A DNA stretch of 48,740 bases from Synechococcus sp. (GCA_051439605.1 JBFRWN010000024.1:1-48740); one strand, 5' to 3'; counted from the first letter of the stretch, positions 8,828 to 19,223 are shown. Made by a program: numbers and translations. The notes: generated by a model not told the origin, from the letters alone.

Positions 8828-10099
8828 ATGACATTATCCCGCCGTCAGTTTCTAGCGACTTCTGCTGCATTTACCTTAGGTGCCTGTGCTGCCTCGACGA
8901 CGGCTCCTAATGGACAGGGTGAAAGCCCAAGCCAGTCCATCACCTTTTGGACGATGCAGTTGAAGCCCACCTTCGATGACTACATGGCTGCACTGATTGC
9001 CGAATTCGAGCAGCAGCATCCTGGGGCCATTGTTGAATGGGTGGATGTCCCCTGGGGGGAGATGGAAAGCAAGATTTTGACGGCGATCGCTGCCCGTTCT
9101 GGCCCCGATGTGGTCAACCTCAACCCTCAATTCGCGACAAAATTGGCTGAAAAGAAGGCTTTGGTGGATCTGGCCAGTCTCGTACCCGCTGAGACTCAAG
9201 CCACCTATTTCCCAAATATCTGGAAAGCCAATCAGTTGGGGGACGCCACCTTTGGCCTGCCCTGGTATGTTGCTACCGACATCACCGCCTATAACCGAGA
9301 TCTGTTTGCTGCCGCCGATCTCGATGCGGACAATCCCCCTACGACCTATGAGGAGCTAGCGGCGGTTGCGGCCCAGTTCTATTCCATCACGGGTAAACAT
9401 GCCTTCATGTTGACGATGGATGGAGCCCAAGTGCTGGAGTCTATGGTGCAAATGGGGATGCAGCTGGTAACTCCAGACGGACAGGCGGGGTTCGATACCC
9501 TGGCCGGGCGCGCTGCCTTTAGCTACTGGGTGGAGCTCTATCAATCAAATTGCATCCCACGGGAAACAGTAACGGAGAGCCACCGACGGGCAATTGAGCT
9601 ATACCAAGCGGGGGAGCTAGGAATGCTACTCACAGGGCCGCAACTGTTGCGACAAGTGGCAGAAAACGCTCCAGATGTGGCAGCAGTAACGGATGTGGCA
9701 GCACAGGTGGCCGGCCCCAGCGGAATCAAAAGTGCCAGCGTGATGAATGTGGCCATCCCACAGCGGTCGGCCAATGTAGAGCTAGCGTTCGACTTTGCAG
9801 CGTTTGTCACCAACAGCCAAAATCAATTGGAGTTTTCTAAGTTGGCCAACGTTCTTCCCTCCACCATCGCCAGTGGCGAGGATGACTATTTCACTGGCGA
9901 TGCAGATACTCCCCTCGCCAAGGCCCGCATTGTCAGCGCCCAACAGCTCCCGACGGCTGAAGTGCTGCTTCCGCCCATGGAGGGGCTGGAGGAGTTGCGC
10001 AAGATTATTTACGAAGAACTGCAGTTAGCAATGCTGAAGACAAAAGATGTAGAAGCAGCAGTTTCGGCGGCAGCCCAACGCTGGAATAGCTTAGCTTAG
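8828..10099 (+). CDS. Carbohydrate ABC transporter substrate-binding lipoprotein (Tat-type signal)
   Basis: Probable start MTLSRRQFL (twin-arginine) with lipobox LGAC; SBP_bac_1 motifs GPDVVNL, FGLPWY, YNRDLF. The ORF track start at 8786 is likely too long. Confidence 0.9.
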   Translation: MTLSRRQFLATSAAFTLGACAASTTAPNGQGESPSQSITFWTMQLKPTFDDYMAALIAEFEQQHPGAIVEWVDVPWGEMESKILTAIAARSGPDVVNLNPQFATKLAEKKALVDLASLVPAETQATYFPNIWKANQLGDATFGLPWYVATDITAYNRDLFAAADLDADNPPTTYEELAAVAAQFYSITGKHAFMLTMDGAQVLESMVQMGMQLVTPDGQAGFDTLAGRAAFSYWVELYQSNCIPRETVTESHRRAIELYQAGELGMLLTGPQLLRQVAENAPDVAAVTDVAAQVAGPSGIKSASVMNVAIPQRSANVELAFDFAAFVTNSQNQLEFSKLANVLPSTIASGEDDYFTGDADTPLAKARIVSAQQLPTAEVLLPPMEGLEELRKIIYEELQLAMLKTKDVEAAVSAAAQRWNSLA

Positions 10100-10157
10100 G
10101 TGCCTCTAGATCTTCTGAACTTTGAAGGCTGCTGATGAAGTGTGAAGTTGAGGTGAT

Positions 10158-11033
10158 ATGAGCGATCGCAGTCGTTGGACTCCCTATCTTTTCCTAATGC
10201 CCGCGCTGCTGGTGCTGGGGGTGGTGTCCTTTTGGCCGGCGCTTCAAGCGATTTACTACAGTTTGACTCGCTACGACTTGTTCGGTCCTCCCCAGTTTCA
10301 CGGTCTCAAAAATTATGTTGATTTAGCCAGCGATCCCATTTTCTTGACAGCGATGGGGAACACTCTCGTTTACCTTTTGGTTGCTGTACCTCTGCTAATC
10401 TTCCTGCCGCTTGCACTGGCAATTTTGGTGAATCAAAAACTGAGGGGGATTCATGCGTTTCGGGTGCTGTATTACCTGCCCGTGGTGGTCTCCACTGTGG
10501 TGGCTGGCCTCGCCTGGAAATGGATTTATGCCGAGAATGGCTTGCTGAATTTTGCCCTCTCGGCCTTGACTTTTCATCCCGTCCGCATTCCTTGGCTCAC
10601 CGATCCCCAGCTGGCGCTATTTAGCATCATCACCGTTACGGTGTGGAAGGGTTTAGGGTACTACATGACGATTTATCTCGCGGGGTTGCAGTCGATCCCC
10701 CCCACCCTGTACGAGGCTGCTGCCATTGACGGGTCGGATGGCTGGGAAAAACACTGGTCAATTACGCTGCCACTCATGAGGCCATATCTTTTTTTGGTCG
10801 GAATCCTTTCGGCGATCGCCGCCATGAAGGTGTTTGAAGAAATCTACGTCATGGCCCCCGGAGGGGGTCCCGCTAACAGCACCAAAACACTGGTCTACTA
10901 TCTCTACGAAACGGGCTTCGACAAATTAGAGATGGGCTATGCGGCAGCCATTGGGGTTGTCCTGTTCGGAGTGGTACTGGGGATGTCGCTATCCACCATT
11001 CGCCTGTTAAGCCTGCGGGGGATAAAGCTATGA
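10158..11033 (+). CDS. Carbohydrate ABC transporter permease (MalF/LacF-like)
   Basis: EAA loop LYEAAAIDG; six TM segments; YLFLMPALL start typical of CUT1 permeases. Confidence 0.93.
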   Translation: MSDRSRWTPYLFLMPALLVLGVVSFWPALQAIYYSLTRYDLFGPPQFHGLKNYVDLASDPIFLTAMGNTLVYLLVAVPLLIFLPLALAILVNQKLRGIHAFRVLYYLPVVVSTVVAGLAWKWIYAENGLLNFALSALTFHPVRIPWLTDPQLALFSIITVTVWKGLGYYMTIYLAGLQSIPPTLYEAAAIDGSDGWEKHWSITLPLMRPYLFLVGILSAIAAMKVFEEIYVMAPGGGPANSTKTLVYYLYETGFDKLEMGYAAAIGVVLFGVVLGMSLSTIRLLSLRGIKL

Positions 11034-11887
11034 GGTTATTCCTACGAAAACTATCCGTGGGTAATCAATCAGTCTGGACATTACCGGCCCGTTACGGGGT
11101 GTTATTAGCGATTGCAGTCATCATGGTTGGCCCCATCCTGTGGCTATTTAGCACCTCTCTGAAATCCCCTGCAGAAAATATCTTTAGCTATCCGCCTCAA
11201 CTCATTCCTGAACAGCTCACGCTGCAGCACTTCTGGCGGGTGTGGCAGGACAATCCCTTTTTCAACTATTTGTGGAACAGTACGGTGGTGTCGGCGATCG
11301 CAGTGGTTTGCAATCTCCTGTTTTGCTCTCTAGCCGCCTATCCCTTAGCTCGCCTCAACTTTCGCGGCAAATCTCTGATTTTCTGGAGCATTATTGGCAC
11401 CAGCACGATCCCGTTTCAAATTGCCATGATCCCCCTTTACGTGTTGGCGGTAAAGTTTAACTTGCGCAACACCTACTTGGGCTTGGTATTTCCCTACGCT
11501 ACTACTGCCTTTGGAGTGTTCTTGATGCGTCAAGCATTTCAAACGGTGCCGCAGGAGTTGGAGGAAGCTGCCACCATCGATGGCTGTTCTTCGATCGGGA
11601 TATGGTGGAATGCCCTGATCCCCTCGGTGCGTCCAGCTCTAACCACCTTGGCAGCCTTTACATTTGTTGGCATGTGGGGGGATTTTTTGTGGCCGCTGCT
11701 GGTGGTGGACGATCCCAATCTGTTTACGCTGCCTTTGGGGGTTGCCAACTTGGCGAGTGCGTTTTCGGCTGACTGGCGGGCGATCGCGGCAGGGTCGGTG
11801 ATTTCAATTCTGCCGGTGTTGGGCTTCTTTGCGGCAGTTCAGCAATTCATCATCCCCTCAGAATCCGGCAGTGGCATCAAGGGATAA
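11030..11887 (+). CDS. Carbohydrate ABC transporter permease (MalG-like)
   Basis: ELEEAATIDG EAA loop, WGDFLWPL; 4-bp ATGA overlap with the previous gene. Confidence 0.93.
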   Translation: MRLFLRKLSVGNQSVWTLPARYGVLLAIAVIMVGPILWLFSTSLKSPAENIFSYPPQLIPEQLTLQHFWRVWQDNPFFNYLWNSTVVSAIAVVCNLLFCSLAAYPLARLNFRGKSLIFWSIIGTSTIPFQIAMIPLYVLAVKFNLRNTYLGLVFPYATTAFGVFLMRQAFQTVPQELEEAATIDGCSSIGIWWNALIPSVRPALTTLAAFTFVGMWGDFLWPLLVVDDPNLFTLPLGVANLASAFSADWRAIAAGSVISILPVLGFFAAVQQFIIPSESGSGIKG

Positions 11888-11913
11888 CCAACACCTACAT
11901 GTGCTGTAGGGAC

Positions 11914-11947
11914 AATTTATCTTCGATCCAAATTTATCTTCGATCCA
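11914..11947. repeat. Perfect 17-bp tandem duplication
   Basis: aatttatcttcgatcca at 11914-11930 and 11931-11947. Confidence 0.95.
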
Positions 11948-12059
11948 TCTGATTCCTCGTGAACTCTCATATTCACCTCACCGATCGCTCATTCCCGAGG
12001 CTTACTGTTGTCAGAGACCTAACATCTCAGGTTTTTTAATTTCTAGGAAGGATAATCAC

Positions 12060-12461
12060 ATGATGCGAACAGTGCTGAGCGGATGTCTTGCAGGAGCTGT
12101 AGCCCTTTCGGGGATCGGTCTCGTGTCGCTCCCTGCAGCTGCCGAAGCTGAAATTATTGCCAGTGGAACCTTCGAAGGTCGCGGCGGTCACGAGACCTCG
12201 GGCGGTGTCACAATCCTGCAGACCGATGCAGGCGTGACCGTGATTCTAGAACCCGATTTTTCCTTAGATGGCGCTCCCGATCCCAAGCTGGCGTTCGGCA
12301 GCGATGGATACGATGCATCGACATTATTTAGCAAGCTTGAATCTAATGACGGGGCTCAGGTTTACGTTCTCTCTGAAGCGATCGACCCGACCGAATACAA
12401 CGAGCTCTGGGTGTGGTGCGAACAGTTCAACGTGCCTCTGGGGGTCGCTCAACTCCAATAG
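12060..12461 (+). CDS. Secreted DM13-domain protein
   Basis: Signal peptide ending AAA/AEA; GTFEG..GH.TSG, GAPDP, GAQVY and VWCEQFNVPLGVA motifs. Confidence 0.85.
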   Translation: MMRTVLSGCLAGAVALSGIGLVSLPAAAEAEIIASGTFEGRGGHETSGGVTILQTDAGVTVILEPDFSLDGAPDPKLAFGSDGYDASTLFSKLESNDGAQVYVLSEAIDPTEYNELWVWCEQFNVPLGVAQLQ

Positions 12462-12511
12462 CCAATAGCGATCGCGTATTCTGGACTATACGGAATTGTC
12501 GAGGGTTGGGG

Positions 12512-12889
12512 ATGGCTCGCTGGTTTGTCTTGATTGGGGCTTTGCTGGGCGGATTATCGGTTGCAGCAGGTGCCTTCGGTGCCCATGCATTGGCTGCACA
12601 ACTGACCGAGAAAGCCCTCTCCACCTTCGAAACTGGCGCCCGCTATCAGATGTACCACGCCCTAGGATTAGTCGCGGTGGGATTAACCATTTACGCGACG
12701 GGGGGCAATGGGTTGCTAACGGCTGCCGGATATCTCTTCATCATTGGGACAATAGTCTTCAGTGGCTCTCTCTATTCCCTCAGTGTGTCGGGGGTCAAAA
12801 TTCTTGGCGCGATCGCCCCCATTGGGGGAACTGCATTTTTGGCCGGTTGGGTTTGTTTGGCGATCGCCGGCTGGAACCTTCTGAAATAG
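12512..12889 (+). CDS. DUF423 (YgdD/TMEM256) family membrane protein
   Basis: GAFGAHAL, FETGARYQMYHAL, FSGSLY, GAIAPIGG; probable start at ATG 12512. Confidence 0.92.
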   Translation: MARWFVLIGALLGGLSVAAGAFGAHALAAQLTEKALSTFETGARYQMYHALGLVAVGLTIYATGGNGLLTAAGYLFIIGTIVFSGSLYSLSVSGVKILGAIAPIGGTAFLAGWVCLAIAGWNLLK

Positions 12890-12992
12890 ACGGTGCATGT
12901 CTGTCTCAAACGGATTGAAATCTCGCCCATAACGTGCAGCATTGAGTAGAGATTGCTGCTGGCTAAAGTACCTGACATGCACCTTTGAATAG

Positions 12993-14213
12993 ATGAAAAT
13001 TCTTTTTCTGCACCCCAACTTCCCCGCTCAATTTCGCCATCTGGCTCTCGCATTACGTAACAATCCTGACCACACCATTGTGTTTGGCACCAATCGGGAA
13101 GAGGGCAACATCAAAAGGGTGGTCAAAGCCCTCTACGAAGTCTCCCGCAAGCCCACTGATTCAATCCATCCCTACGTCCGCACGTTAGAGAAAGCGGTGC
13201 TGCAGGGACAGGCGGTGGTGCGACTGGTTCAAAACCTCTCCAAACAGGGGTTTTTGCCCGATATTGTGTACGGCCATTCTGGGTGGGGGCCAACCCTCTA
13301 TGTGAAGGACGTGCTGCCAGAGACACCGTTGCTGTGTTATTTCGAGTGGTTTTATCGCGGCCAGGGAGGGGACAGCGACTTCGATCCCAATGACCCCATT
13401 GACCTCAACACGATGGCGTCCATTCGGACCAAAAATGCCCCAATCTTGATGGACTTATATAGCTGTGACGCCGGTCTGTGCCCCACCCAATGGCAGCAGC
13501 AGCAGTTCCCCCCTGAATTTCACCAAAAGCTGCAGGTGATGCACGATGGCATCGACATCAACACGTTCAAACCCAATCGTGACGTCAAGATAGTCCTACC
13601 GCATATCGATCTGGATTTGTCGGAAGCGCAGGAAATTATCACCTACGTCAGCCGGGGGATGGAGCCCTATCGGGGCTTTCCACAGTTTATTGAGGCGTTG
13701 CAATTGCTGCAACAGCGGCGACCTCACTGTCATGCCGTCATTGTGGGGGAGGATCGGGTGTGTTACGGGAGGCAGAGACGCGATGGCAAAACCTACAAGG
13801 AGGCCATGCTAGAACAGTTTCCTTTAGATATGACGCGGGTGCATTTTACGGGGGGACTTCCCTACCTGGATTACATCAAGGTGATTCAAGCCTCTGACGT
13901 TCATGTTTATCTCACCTATCCGTTTGTATTGTCTTGGTCGATGATGGAGGCAATGTCGGTGGGCTGCGCGATCGTGGCGTCCGATACTCCTCCGGTGACC
14001 GAACTGATCCGGGATGGAGAGAACGGATTACTGGTGGACTTTTTCTCCCCTCAGCAGATTGCCGATCGCGTGGAAGAAGCATTGGAGAATTGCGATCGCA
14101 TGGAAACCCTTCGAGCCAACGCCCGCGAAACCATTGTGCAAAATTATGACTTGCAGAAGCTATTACCCCAACATCTTGAGTGGATGATGTCGCATGCAAA
14201 AGATGTTCATTAG
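12993..14213 (+). CDS. Glycosyltransferase family 4
   Basis: HPNFPAQFRHL, GHSGWG, RGMEPYRGF, YLTYPFVLSWSMMEAMSVG; NGLLVDFF. Confidence 0.92.
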   Translation: MKILFLHPNFPAQFRHLALALRNNPDHTIVFGTNREEGNIKRVVKALYEVSRKPTDSIHPYVRTLEKAVLQGQAVVRLVQNLSKQGFLPDIVYGHSGWGPTLYVKDVLPETPLLCYFEWFYRGQGGDSDFDPNDPIDLNTMASIRTKNAPILMDLYSCDAGLCPTQWQQQQFPPEFHQKLQVMHDGIDINTFKPNRDVKIVLPHIDLDLSEAQEIITYVSRGMEPYRGFPQFIEALQLLQQRRPHCHAVIVGEDRVCYGRQRRDGKTYKEAMLEQFPLDMTRVHFTGGLPYLDYIKVIQASDVHVYLTYPFVLSWSMMEAMSVGCAIVASDTPPVTELIRDGENGLLVDFFSPQQIADRVEEALENCDRMETLRANARETIVQNYDLQKLLPQHLEWMMSHAKDVH

Positions 14214-15394
14214 ATGGCAGATCCACCTGTGATGGAGGTTAGGCTGGGCAGGACATCTGACTTGAACGGAACTGCCTCTTGATTGACCCGCTCCAACTCC
14301 TTCAGCATCATCGGGTTGACCTGTTCTAGATAGGGCACCAACACCTTGCGCAGGCGGGGGCGATAGAAGCGGTGATAGCTGTGGTTTGGGGTGGCGGGGA
14401 ATCCTCGGCGGATTTTGTGTTGACCACCTGCCCCGGGATCGAAATTGGAAATTTTGCGATCGATCGCCCAGTCGATGGGTTCGTAATAGCAGAGGCAGAA
14501 GTGCAGGAATTTGATCTCTTCGGATGCTCCCCAATAGCGACCAAATAGGCGATCGCCCTTGTAAATGCAGAACGACATACCGAGGATGTCGGAGTCTCGT
14601 TCGCCCGCCACGAACAACACGCGATCGCGATAATGCTCTGCCAGTAGGTCGAAGAAGTGGCTGTTGAGGTACTTACTGGAATCCCAAAATTGCAGGCAGG
14701 TGTTGCTATAAAAGCGGTACATCTGCCGAAATAGTTTGGTGGGCAGGTTATCTCCGGCATAGAACGTGATGTCGATGCCCGCTTTTTCCATCCCCTTGCG
14801 CTCCCGCTTGATATTGCGGCGCTGATTGGCGTTGAACTGCTGTAGAAACTCGGGATAGTCGGCATAGCCAGGGTTGTGCCATTGGTAGTTGTGGGTGATG
14901 CGGGGGGTAAAACCGCACTCATCTAGCGTCGAATACCAGTCAGGGTCGACGTAGAGAAAGCTGCAAACGGAGATGTCTTGCCGATCACAGAAGCGATCGA
15001 TTTCCTCCAACATCGCTGGTAAAATTTCCGATTCATCGACTTCGGGATGCACCAAAAAACGGTAGCCAGTACAAGGGGTAAAAGGGGCCATTCCCAAGAG
15101 CTTGGGGTAATAGTCTTCTCCCAATTGTTGGGCCACCCGCGCCCATTCTTGGTCGAAGACAAACTCTCCATAACTGTGGCCCTTGAGATACATCGGTGCT
15201 GCTGCCACAAGCTGTCCGTCGACTTCCAATAGCAGGTGGCAAGGCATCCAGCCTGTGTTGGGTTTGGCAGACCCCGAAGCCTCCAGGCAATACAACCATT
15301 CCCATTCTAAAAACGGTGAGGAGCGGTCGGTAACCAGTGCTTGCCAGCGATCGCTGGGGATTTGGCTAATGTCGTGGCACCAACGGAGTTTCAT
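14210..15394 (-). CDS. FemAB-like / DUF482 GNAT-fold protein
   Basis: YLKGHSYGEFVFDQEWA, YYPKLLGMAPFTP, GRYWG, CYYEPIDWAI, GQHKIRRGF; start probably at ATG 15394. Confidence 0.9.
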   Translation of the reverse strand: MKLRWCHDISQIPSDRWQALVTDRSSPFLEWEWLYCLEASGSAKPNTGWMPCHLLLEVDGQLVAAAPMYLKGHSYGEFVFDQEWARVAQQLGEDYYPKLLGMAPFTPCTGYRFLVHPEVDESEILPAMLEEIDRFCDRQDISVCSFLYVDPDWYSTLDECGFTPRITHNYQWHNPGYADYPEFLQQFNANQRRNIKRERKGMEKAGIDITFYAGDNLPTKLFRQMYRFYSNTCLQFWDSSKYLNSHFFDLLAEHYRDRVLFVAGERDSDILGMSFCIYKGDRLFGRYWGASEEIKFLHFCLCYYEPIDWAIDRKISNFDPGAGGQHKIRRGFPATPNHSYHRFYRPRLRKVLVPYLEQVNPMMLKELERVNQEAVPFKSDVLPSLTSITGGSAI

Positions 15395-15472
15395 ACGCAC
15401 TTGCAAGGGGTAGGGACATTCTCCAGCTGCGTCCTGTCAGCCAGCACTGTTAGGGTATCTCGAACTGAAAAG

Positions 15473-16096
15473 CTATTTGGTTGCTTGCACCACTTGCAGG
15501 ATGCCTCCAACATGCAGGGTTTGAGTAACCGTCCTAAATCCGGTGTCTTTCAGCAACTGGGGTAGGTTTTCTTTCAGCAGTTGCCAGGAGGTTTCGGTTT
15601 CGAATATCCACAGAAATGCCGCCAAGCCGGGCCACATCAAAGGATTTGTTGGTCGGTGAAAGTCAATAGTGGCGAAGATCCCGCCGGGGGAAAGGACTCG
15701 ATAGGATTCGGAAAGAATTTTGCGCAGGGTGTCAGCGGGCATTTCGTGCAGGGCCACGCTGGTATGTACGAAATCGAAGCTTTCATTGTCCAGCGGTATA
15801 TCCTGGGCAAACGCCTCGATATAGGTGGCTTGAGGCACGTGGGCGCGGGCGTAGGCGATCGCTTTGGGGGAAGCGTCAAGCCCGGTGACCCGTTCGCTGC
15901 GTTCTAATAAAAATTCTGTTGCCTCCCCCCTTCCGCAGCACAGATCGAGGACGCGATCGCTGGGGGAAATTTCCAGATTCTTCAAAGGCAGTTGATGGAA
16001 ACGACGATGCCCACCAACGGCGAGGGAAGTGGTTTTGGCGATTGCCTGGTAAAGCCAAGGATATTGATAGCTGAGATAGCGCAGGGGGGTAGCCAT
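15473..16096 (-). CDS. Class I SAM-dependent methyltransferase
   Basis: VLDLCCGRG, GLDAS, ALHEMP, RVLSPGG. Confidence 0.9.
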   Translation of the reverse strand: MATPLRYLSYQYPWLYQAIAKTTSLAVGGHRRFHQLPLKNLEISPSDRVLDLCCGRGEATEFLLERSERVTGLDASPKAIAYARAHVPQATYIEAFAQDIPLDNESFDFVHTSVALHEMPADTLRKILSESYRVLSPGGIFATIDFHRPTNPLMWPGLAAFLWIFETETSWQLLKENLPQLLKDTGFRTVTQTLHVGGILQVVQATK

Positions 16097-16119
16097 GGAC
16101 GAGTTGCGAATAATTTCCC

Positions 16120-17325
16120 TCAGCTTAATTCGGGTGCAGCGATCTCAATACTTCCATTCTTGGGTGGAAAAGAGCTTAGGTGTGCGGCCACCGATTGATA
16201 AAGCGTGGTTCGCTGCAGAGCTGGGCGGTTAACGCTGGCGATCGCCCCTCGTAATTCCGCGATGCTTTTGCCCGTGCCCCCCTGTGCCCCAGCCATGCTG
16301 GTGATGTGCTCCTCCATCAACGTGCCACCAATATCGTTGCATCCCCAATTGAGGGCAGTGGCGGCCCCATCCAGCCCCAACTTCACCCAGCTGGGTTGGT
16401 GATTGACAATCCACTGGCCCATAAACAGCCGTGCCACCGCCATCGTCAGCAGCGCATCCTGCAACATCGGCTGATCGCGCCCCACCTTGTTGCGCAGCAT
16501 CTTGGGGGCTAACTCTCCTACGTAGGGCAACAAAATAAATTCGGTAAAGCCGGTTTCCCCCTGCTGCAGCGATCGCTTTTGCACCGTCCTCAACACTTCA
16601 AAATGACGGGAGCGATCGCCCATGCTCTCGATATGTCCCCCCATCATGGTGCTGGTGACGGGTATTCCCAGCCGGTGGGCGGTGCTGACCACATCAATCC
16701 ATTCTTGGGCCGATAGTTTCTCTGGACAGAGCTGGCGTCTCACCTCTGGCACCAAGATCTCTGCTGCCGTACCGGGCATCGAATCCACCCCAGCCCGTTT
16801 GAGCTCGCCAATCACTTCAGCAAAGGACACCCCATCTTGACGGGCAATGAACTGAATTTCTTGGGGGGAGAAGGCATGTAGGTGTAGATCGGGGAGCTGC
16901 TCTTTGATGGCATCCACCAATCGCAGGTAATAGCGCAATGCCGATCCCGCCTCAGTTGCGGCAGGGTTAAGCCCCCCCTGCATACAAATCTCTGTGGCTC
17001 CAAGATCGACGGCTTCAGTCGCCTTCCGGACGATTGTGGCTTCATCCAGCCAGTAGGCCCCTTCAGTATCGGCATCGCGACGGAACGCGCAAAAGCTGCA
17101 GTGCTGTTCGCAAACATTGGTGAAATTAATGTTGCGGTTCACCACATAGGTGACCCCGTCTCCTACAAGCTGTTTCCGCAGGCGATCGCTGGCTTGACGA
17201 ATCCGTTCAACCTCCTTAGCATCAGTGACCGATAACAGATACTCAGCCTCAGTAGGAGACAGCTCCCTCCCTTCCAAGACTTCTTGCAAGCAGGTTTCGA
17301 TGTTTGCGGGAATGCAATCTGCCAA
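16120..17325 (-). CDS. cofH: FO synthase subunit CofH (radical SAM)
   Basis: VTYVVNRNINFTNVCEQHCSFCAF, ICMQGG, HAFSPQE, SMPGTAAEIL, QPSWVKLG, NDIGGTLMEEHITSMAGA. Confidence 0.9.
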   Translation of the reverse strand: MADCIPANIETCLQEVLEGRELSPTEAEYLLSVTDAKEVERIRQASDRLRKQLVGDGVTYVVNRNINFTNVCEQHCSFCAFRRDADTEGAYWLDEATIVRKATEAVDLGATEICMQGGLNPAATEAGSALRYYLRLVDAIKEQLPDLHLHAFSPQEIQFIARQDGVSFAEVIGELKRAGVDSMPGTAAEILVPEVRRQLCPEKLSAQEWIDVVSTAHRLGIPVTSTMMGGHIESMGDRSRHFEVLRTVQKRSLQQGETGFTEFILLPYVGELAPKMLRNKVGRDQPMLQDALLTMAVARLFMGQWIVNHQPSWVKLGLDGAATALNWGCNDIGGTLMEEHITSMAGAQGGTGKSIAELRGAIASVNRPALQRTTLYQSVAAHLSSFPPKNGSIEIAAPELS

Positions 17326-17335
17326 AATTTGTACC

Positions 17336-17731
17336 CTAGGGGGCTACTCCAGAATCGGACTCCCCTAACTCTACGGTTGTTGAAGGGGAAACATCGGGGT
17401 CTTCACCAAAAATCTCGGGGCCTAAGCTGCCATCGCGGGAGTTGCGAAAACGGGTAACTTCGTCATCCACCGATTCCTCCCGCAGTCCCCAAGGCTCGGC
17501 TTGATTCAATTTGCGGGAAAGGTCCATTAAGCCGTTGATGTTTAATCCGTTGTCCCCAATAATTTCCGTTTGGCTAGCAGAAGGGTCAAAAACGTCATTC
17601 ACGTTGTCAGAAGATTGAGCCATTGCAGGTGATTGTATTCCCAAAGCAACGCCAAGAAGCACGAGCCACCGAACCCGAGCAGGTAAGTTTCTATTCGCGA
17701 TCGGCTGTATCCAATCGGGGCAAAGTCCCAT
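17336..17731 (-). CDS. Hypothetical secreted protein
   Basis: Hydrophobic signal ending PAMAQ and an acidic mature part; fits the minus-strand gene run between trmD and cofH. Start uncertain. Confidence 0.65.
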   Translation of the reverse strand: MGLCPDWIQPIANRNLPARVRWLVLLGVALGIQSPAMAQSSDNVNDVFDPSASQTEIIGDNGLNINGLMDLSRKLNQAEPWGLREESVDDEVTRFRNSRDGSLGPEIFGEDPDVSPSTTVELGESDSGVAP

Positions 17732-17818
17732 ACCGAACCTCCTTGCACGGATGACTGAAAAACGTTGCAGGCAAAAAAATGCAATAAACGCTATCTATAC
17801 AATAATGACTCTTGCCTA

Positions 17819-18535
17819 CTAGAGGGTATCCAGGAAGCGCCTGTCTTCTTTCGATAATGTAGCTTTTTCTAGCAGATCTGGTCGACGGTGGTGGGTCCGC
17901 CTGAGCTGTTGCTGCCTCCGCCACCGGGCGATCGCCTGATGGTTGCCCGATCGCAAGATCGCTGGCACCTCCCACTCGCGAAACTCTACCGGGCGCGTGT
18001 ATTGAGGGTAATCCAGTAACCCCTGCTCAAAGCTTTCGTACTTGAGGGAATCCGCTTTGCCCACCGTCCCCGGCAACAGGCGAACCACCCCATTCACCAC
18101 CGTCAGCGCAGGAATTTCGCCGCATGTGAGCACAAAATCCCCCAGCGAAACCTCCCTCGTAACGAGGTTTTGCCGCACCCGCTCATCCACCCCTTCGTAA
18201 TGACCGCAGACAAGGATGAGCTGATCCAATTGCGCAAACTCCTGCAGCAGCGGTTGCGTCAGCGGTTCCCCCTGTGGAGACATGAGGACGATCTCGCGCT
18301 TTGGTGCCTGCGGCAACGATTCCACTGCCGCAAACAGCGGCTCAGGTTTGAGCAACATGCCCACCCCGCCTCCATAGCATTCGTCATCTACTCGCCGGTG
18401 CTTGTCGATGGCAAAATCGCGGGGGTTCGTACAGTACAAGTCTGCGATCCCGGCGGCGATCGCCTTACCCAACAGGCTGGTGTTAAAGGGGGATGTGAAA
18501 AACTCGGGGAACAGAGTGACGATATCGATGCGCAC
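17819..18535 (-). CDS. trmD: tRNA (guanine37-N1)-methyltransferase
   Basis: DIVTLFPE, VDDECYGGGVGM, CGHYEGVDER, SLGDFVLTCGEIPA, LDYPQYTRP, LRSGNH. Confidence 0.98.
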   Translation of the reverse strand: MRIDIVTLFPEFFTSPFNTSLLGKAIAAGIADLYCTNPRDFAIDKHRRVDDECYGGGVGMLLKPEPLFAAVESLPQAPKREIVLMSPQGEPLTQPLLQEFAQLDQLILVCGHYEGVDERVRQNLVTREVSLGDFVLTCGEIPALTVVNGVVRLLPGTVGKADSLKYESFEQGLLDYPQYTRPVEFREWEVPAILRSGNHQAIARWRRQQQLRRTHHRRPDLLEKATLSKEDRRFLDTL

Positions 18536-18561
18536 AGAAAGACAGGTACCAAAAGGTCTAC

Positions 18562-18972
18562 CTAGCTATTGTCTGCACTCGACCCGTTCTCTGTCGAACC
18601 GCGCAATTTCTCGAGCTCGGCCCGCAAGCTTTGCACCTCCGCAGTCAGTTCTTCAACCTCTTCCTGCTTGCGGGTTTCTTCCGTAATGTCCACCACTTCG
18701 ATCTTGGTGGGGGCCTGGCTAGCTTGAGAGTCAGCTTGACCTTCCCTTCTGGTTCCCAGCCAAGTGTCGACGTAGCGGCGGGCCTCCATCTCGGTTTCTT
18801 CTCCTTTCACCGCCAACTCATTCGCCAGCTGGTTGAATTCGTCCGAGATCTTTTGAATATTCTCTTCGCGCTTGCTCGAGTCCTGGAGAATTTCAATCAG
18901 GCTGGCCGCTGTGCCAAATGCAATCCGACGGGCGCGGGTTAGTAGCTCTTGAAAGTCCTGTACGTTACTCAC
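18562..18972 (-). CDS. Hypothetical coiled-coil protein
   Basis: KGEETEMEARRYVD and ELTAEVQSLRAELEKL; GAGGAG RBS; 26 bp upstream of trmD. Confidence 0.75.
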   Translation of the reverse strand: MSNVQDFQELLTRARRIAFGTAASLIEILQDSSKREENIQKISDEFNQLANELAVKGEETEMEARRYVDTWLGTRREGQADSQASQAPTKIEVVDITEETRKQEEVEELTAEVQSLRAELEKLRGSTENGSSADNS

Positions 18973-19223
18973 TCTTGCTCCTCAACGTGTCGCTTACACT
19001 CTATTCGATGGTTCGTAATTCAGGCAGAGTGTAATGGCACAATTTGACGGTCAAGTATGCTTTATACCCTTTCAGGCAGGATTTAGCCCTCCCTCCATCG
19101 AAGTACGGGGCAGAGAGACTGGGCGAACGTGGAAAAATGTTCCATGTAGGGTTGACATCCGTTCCCGATCTGGAGAATATGGTTAAGCCGAAAGACAGAA
19201 AACCTTGCTGTGAAGCGGCATCT

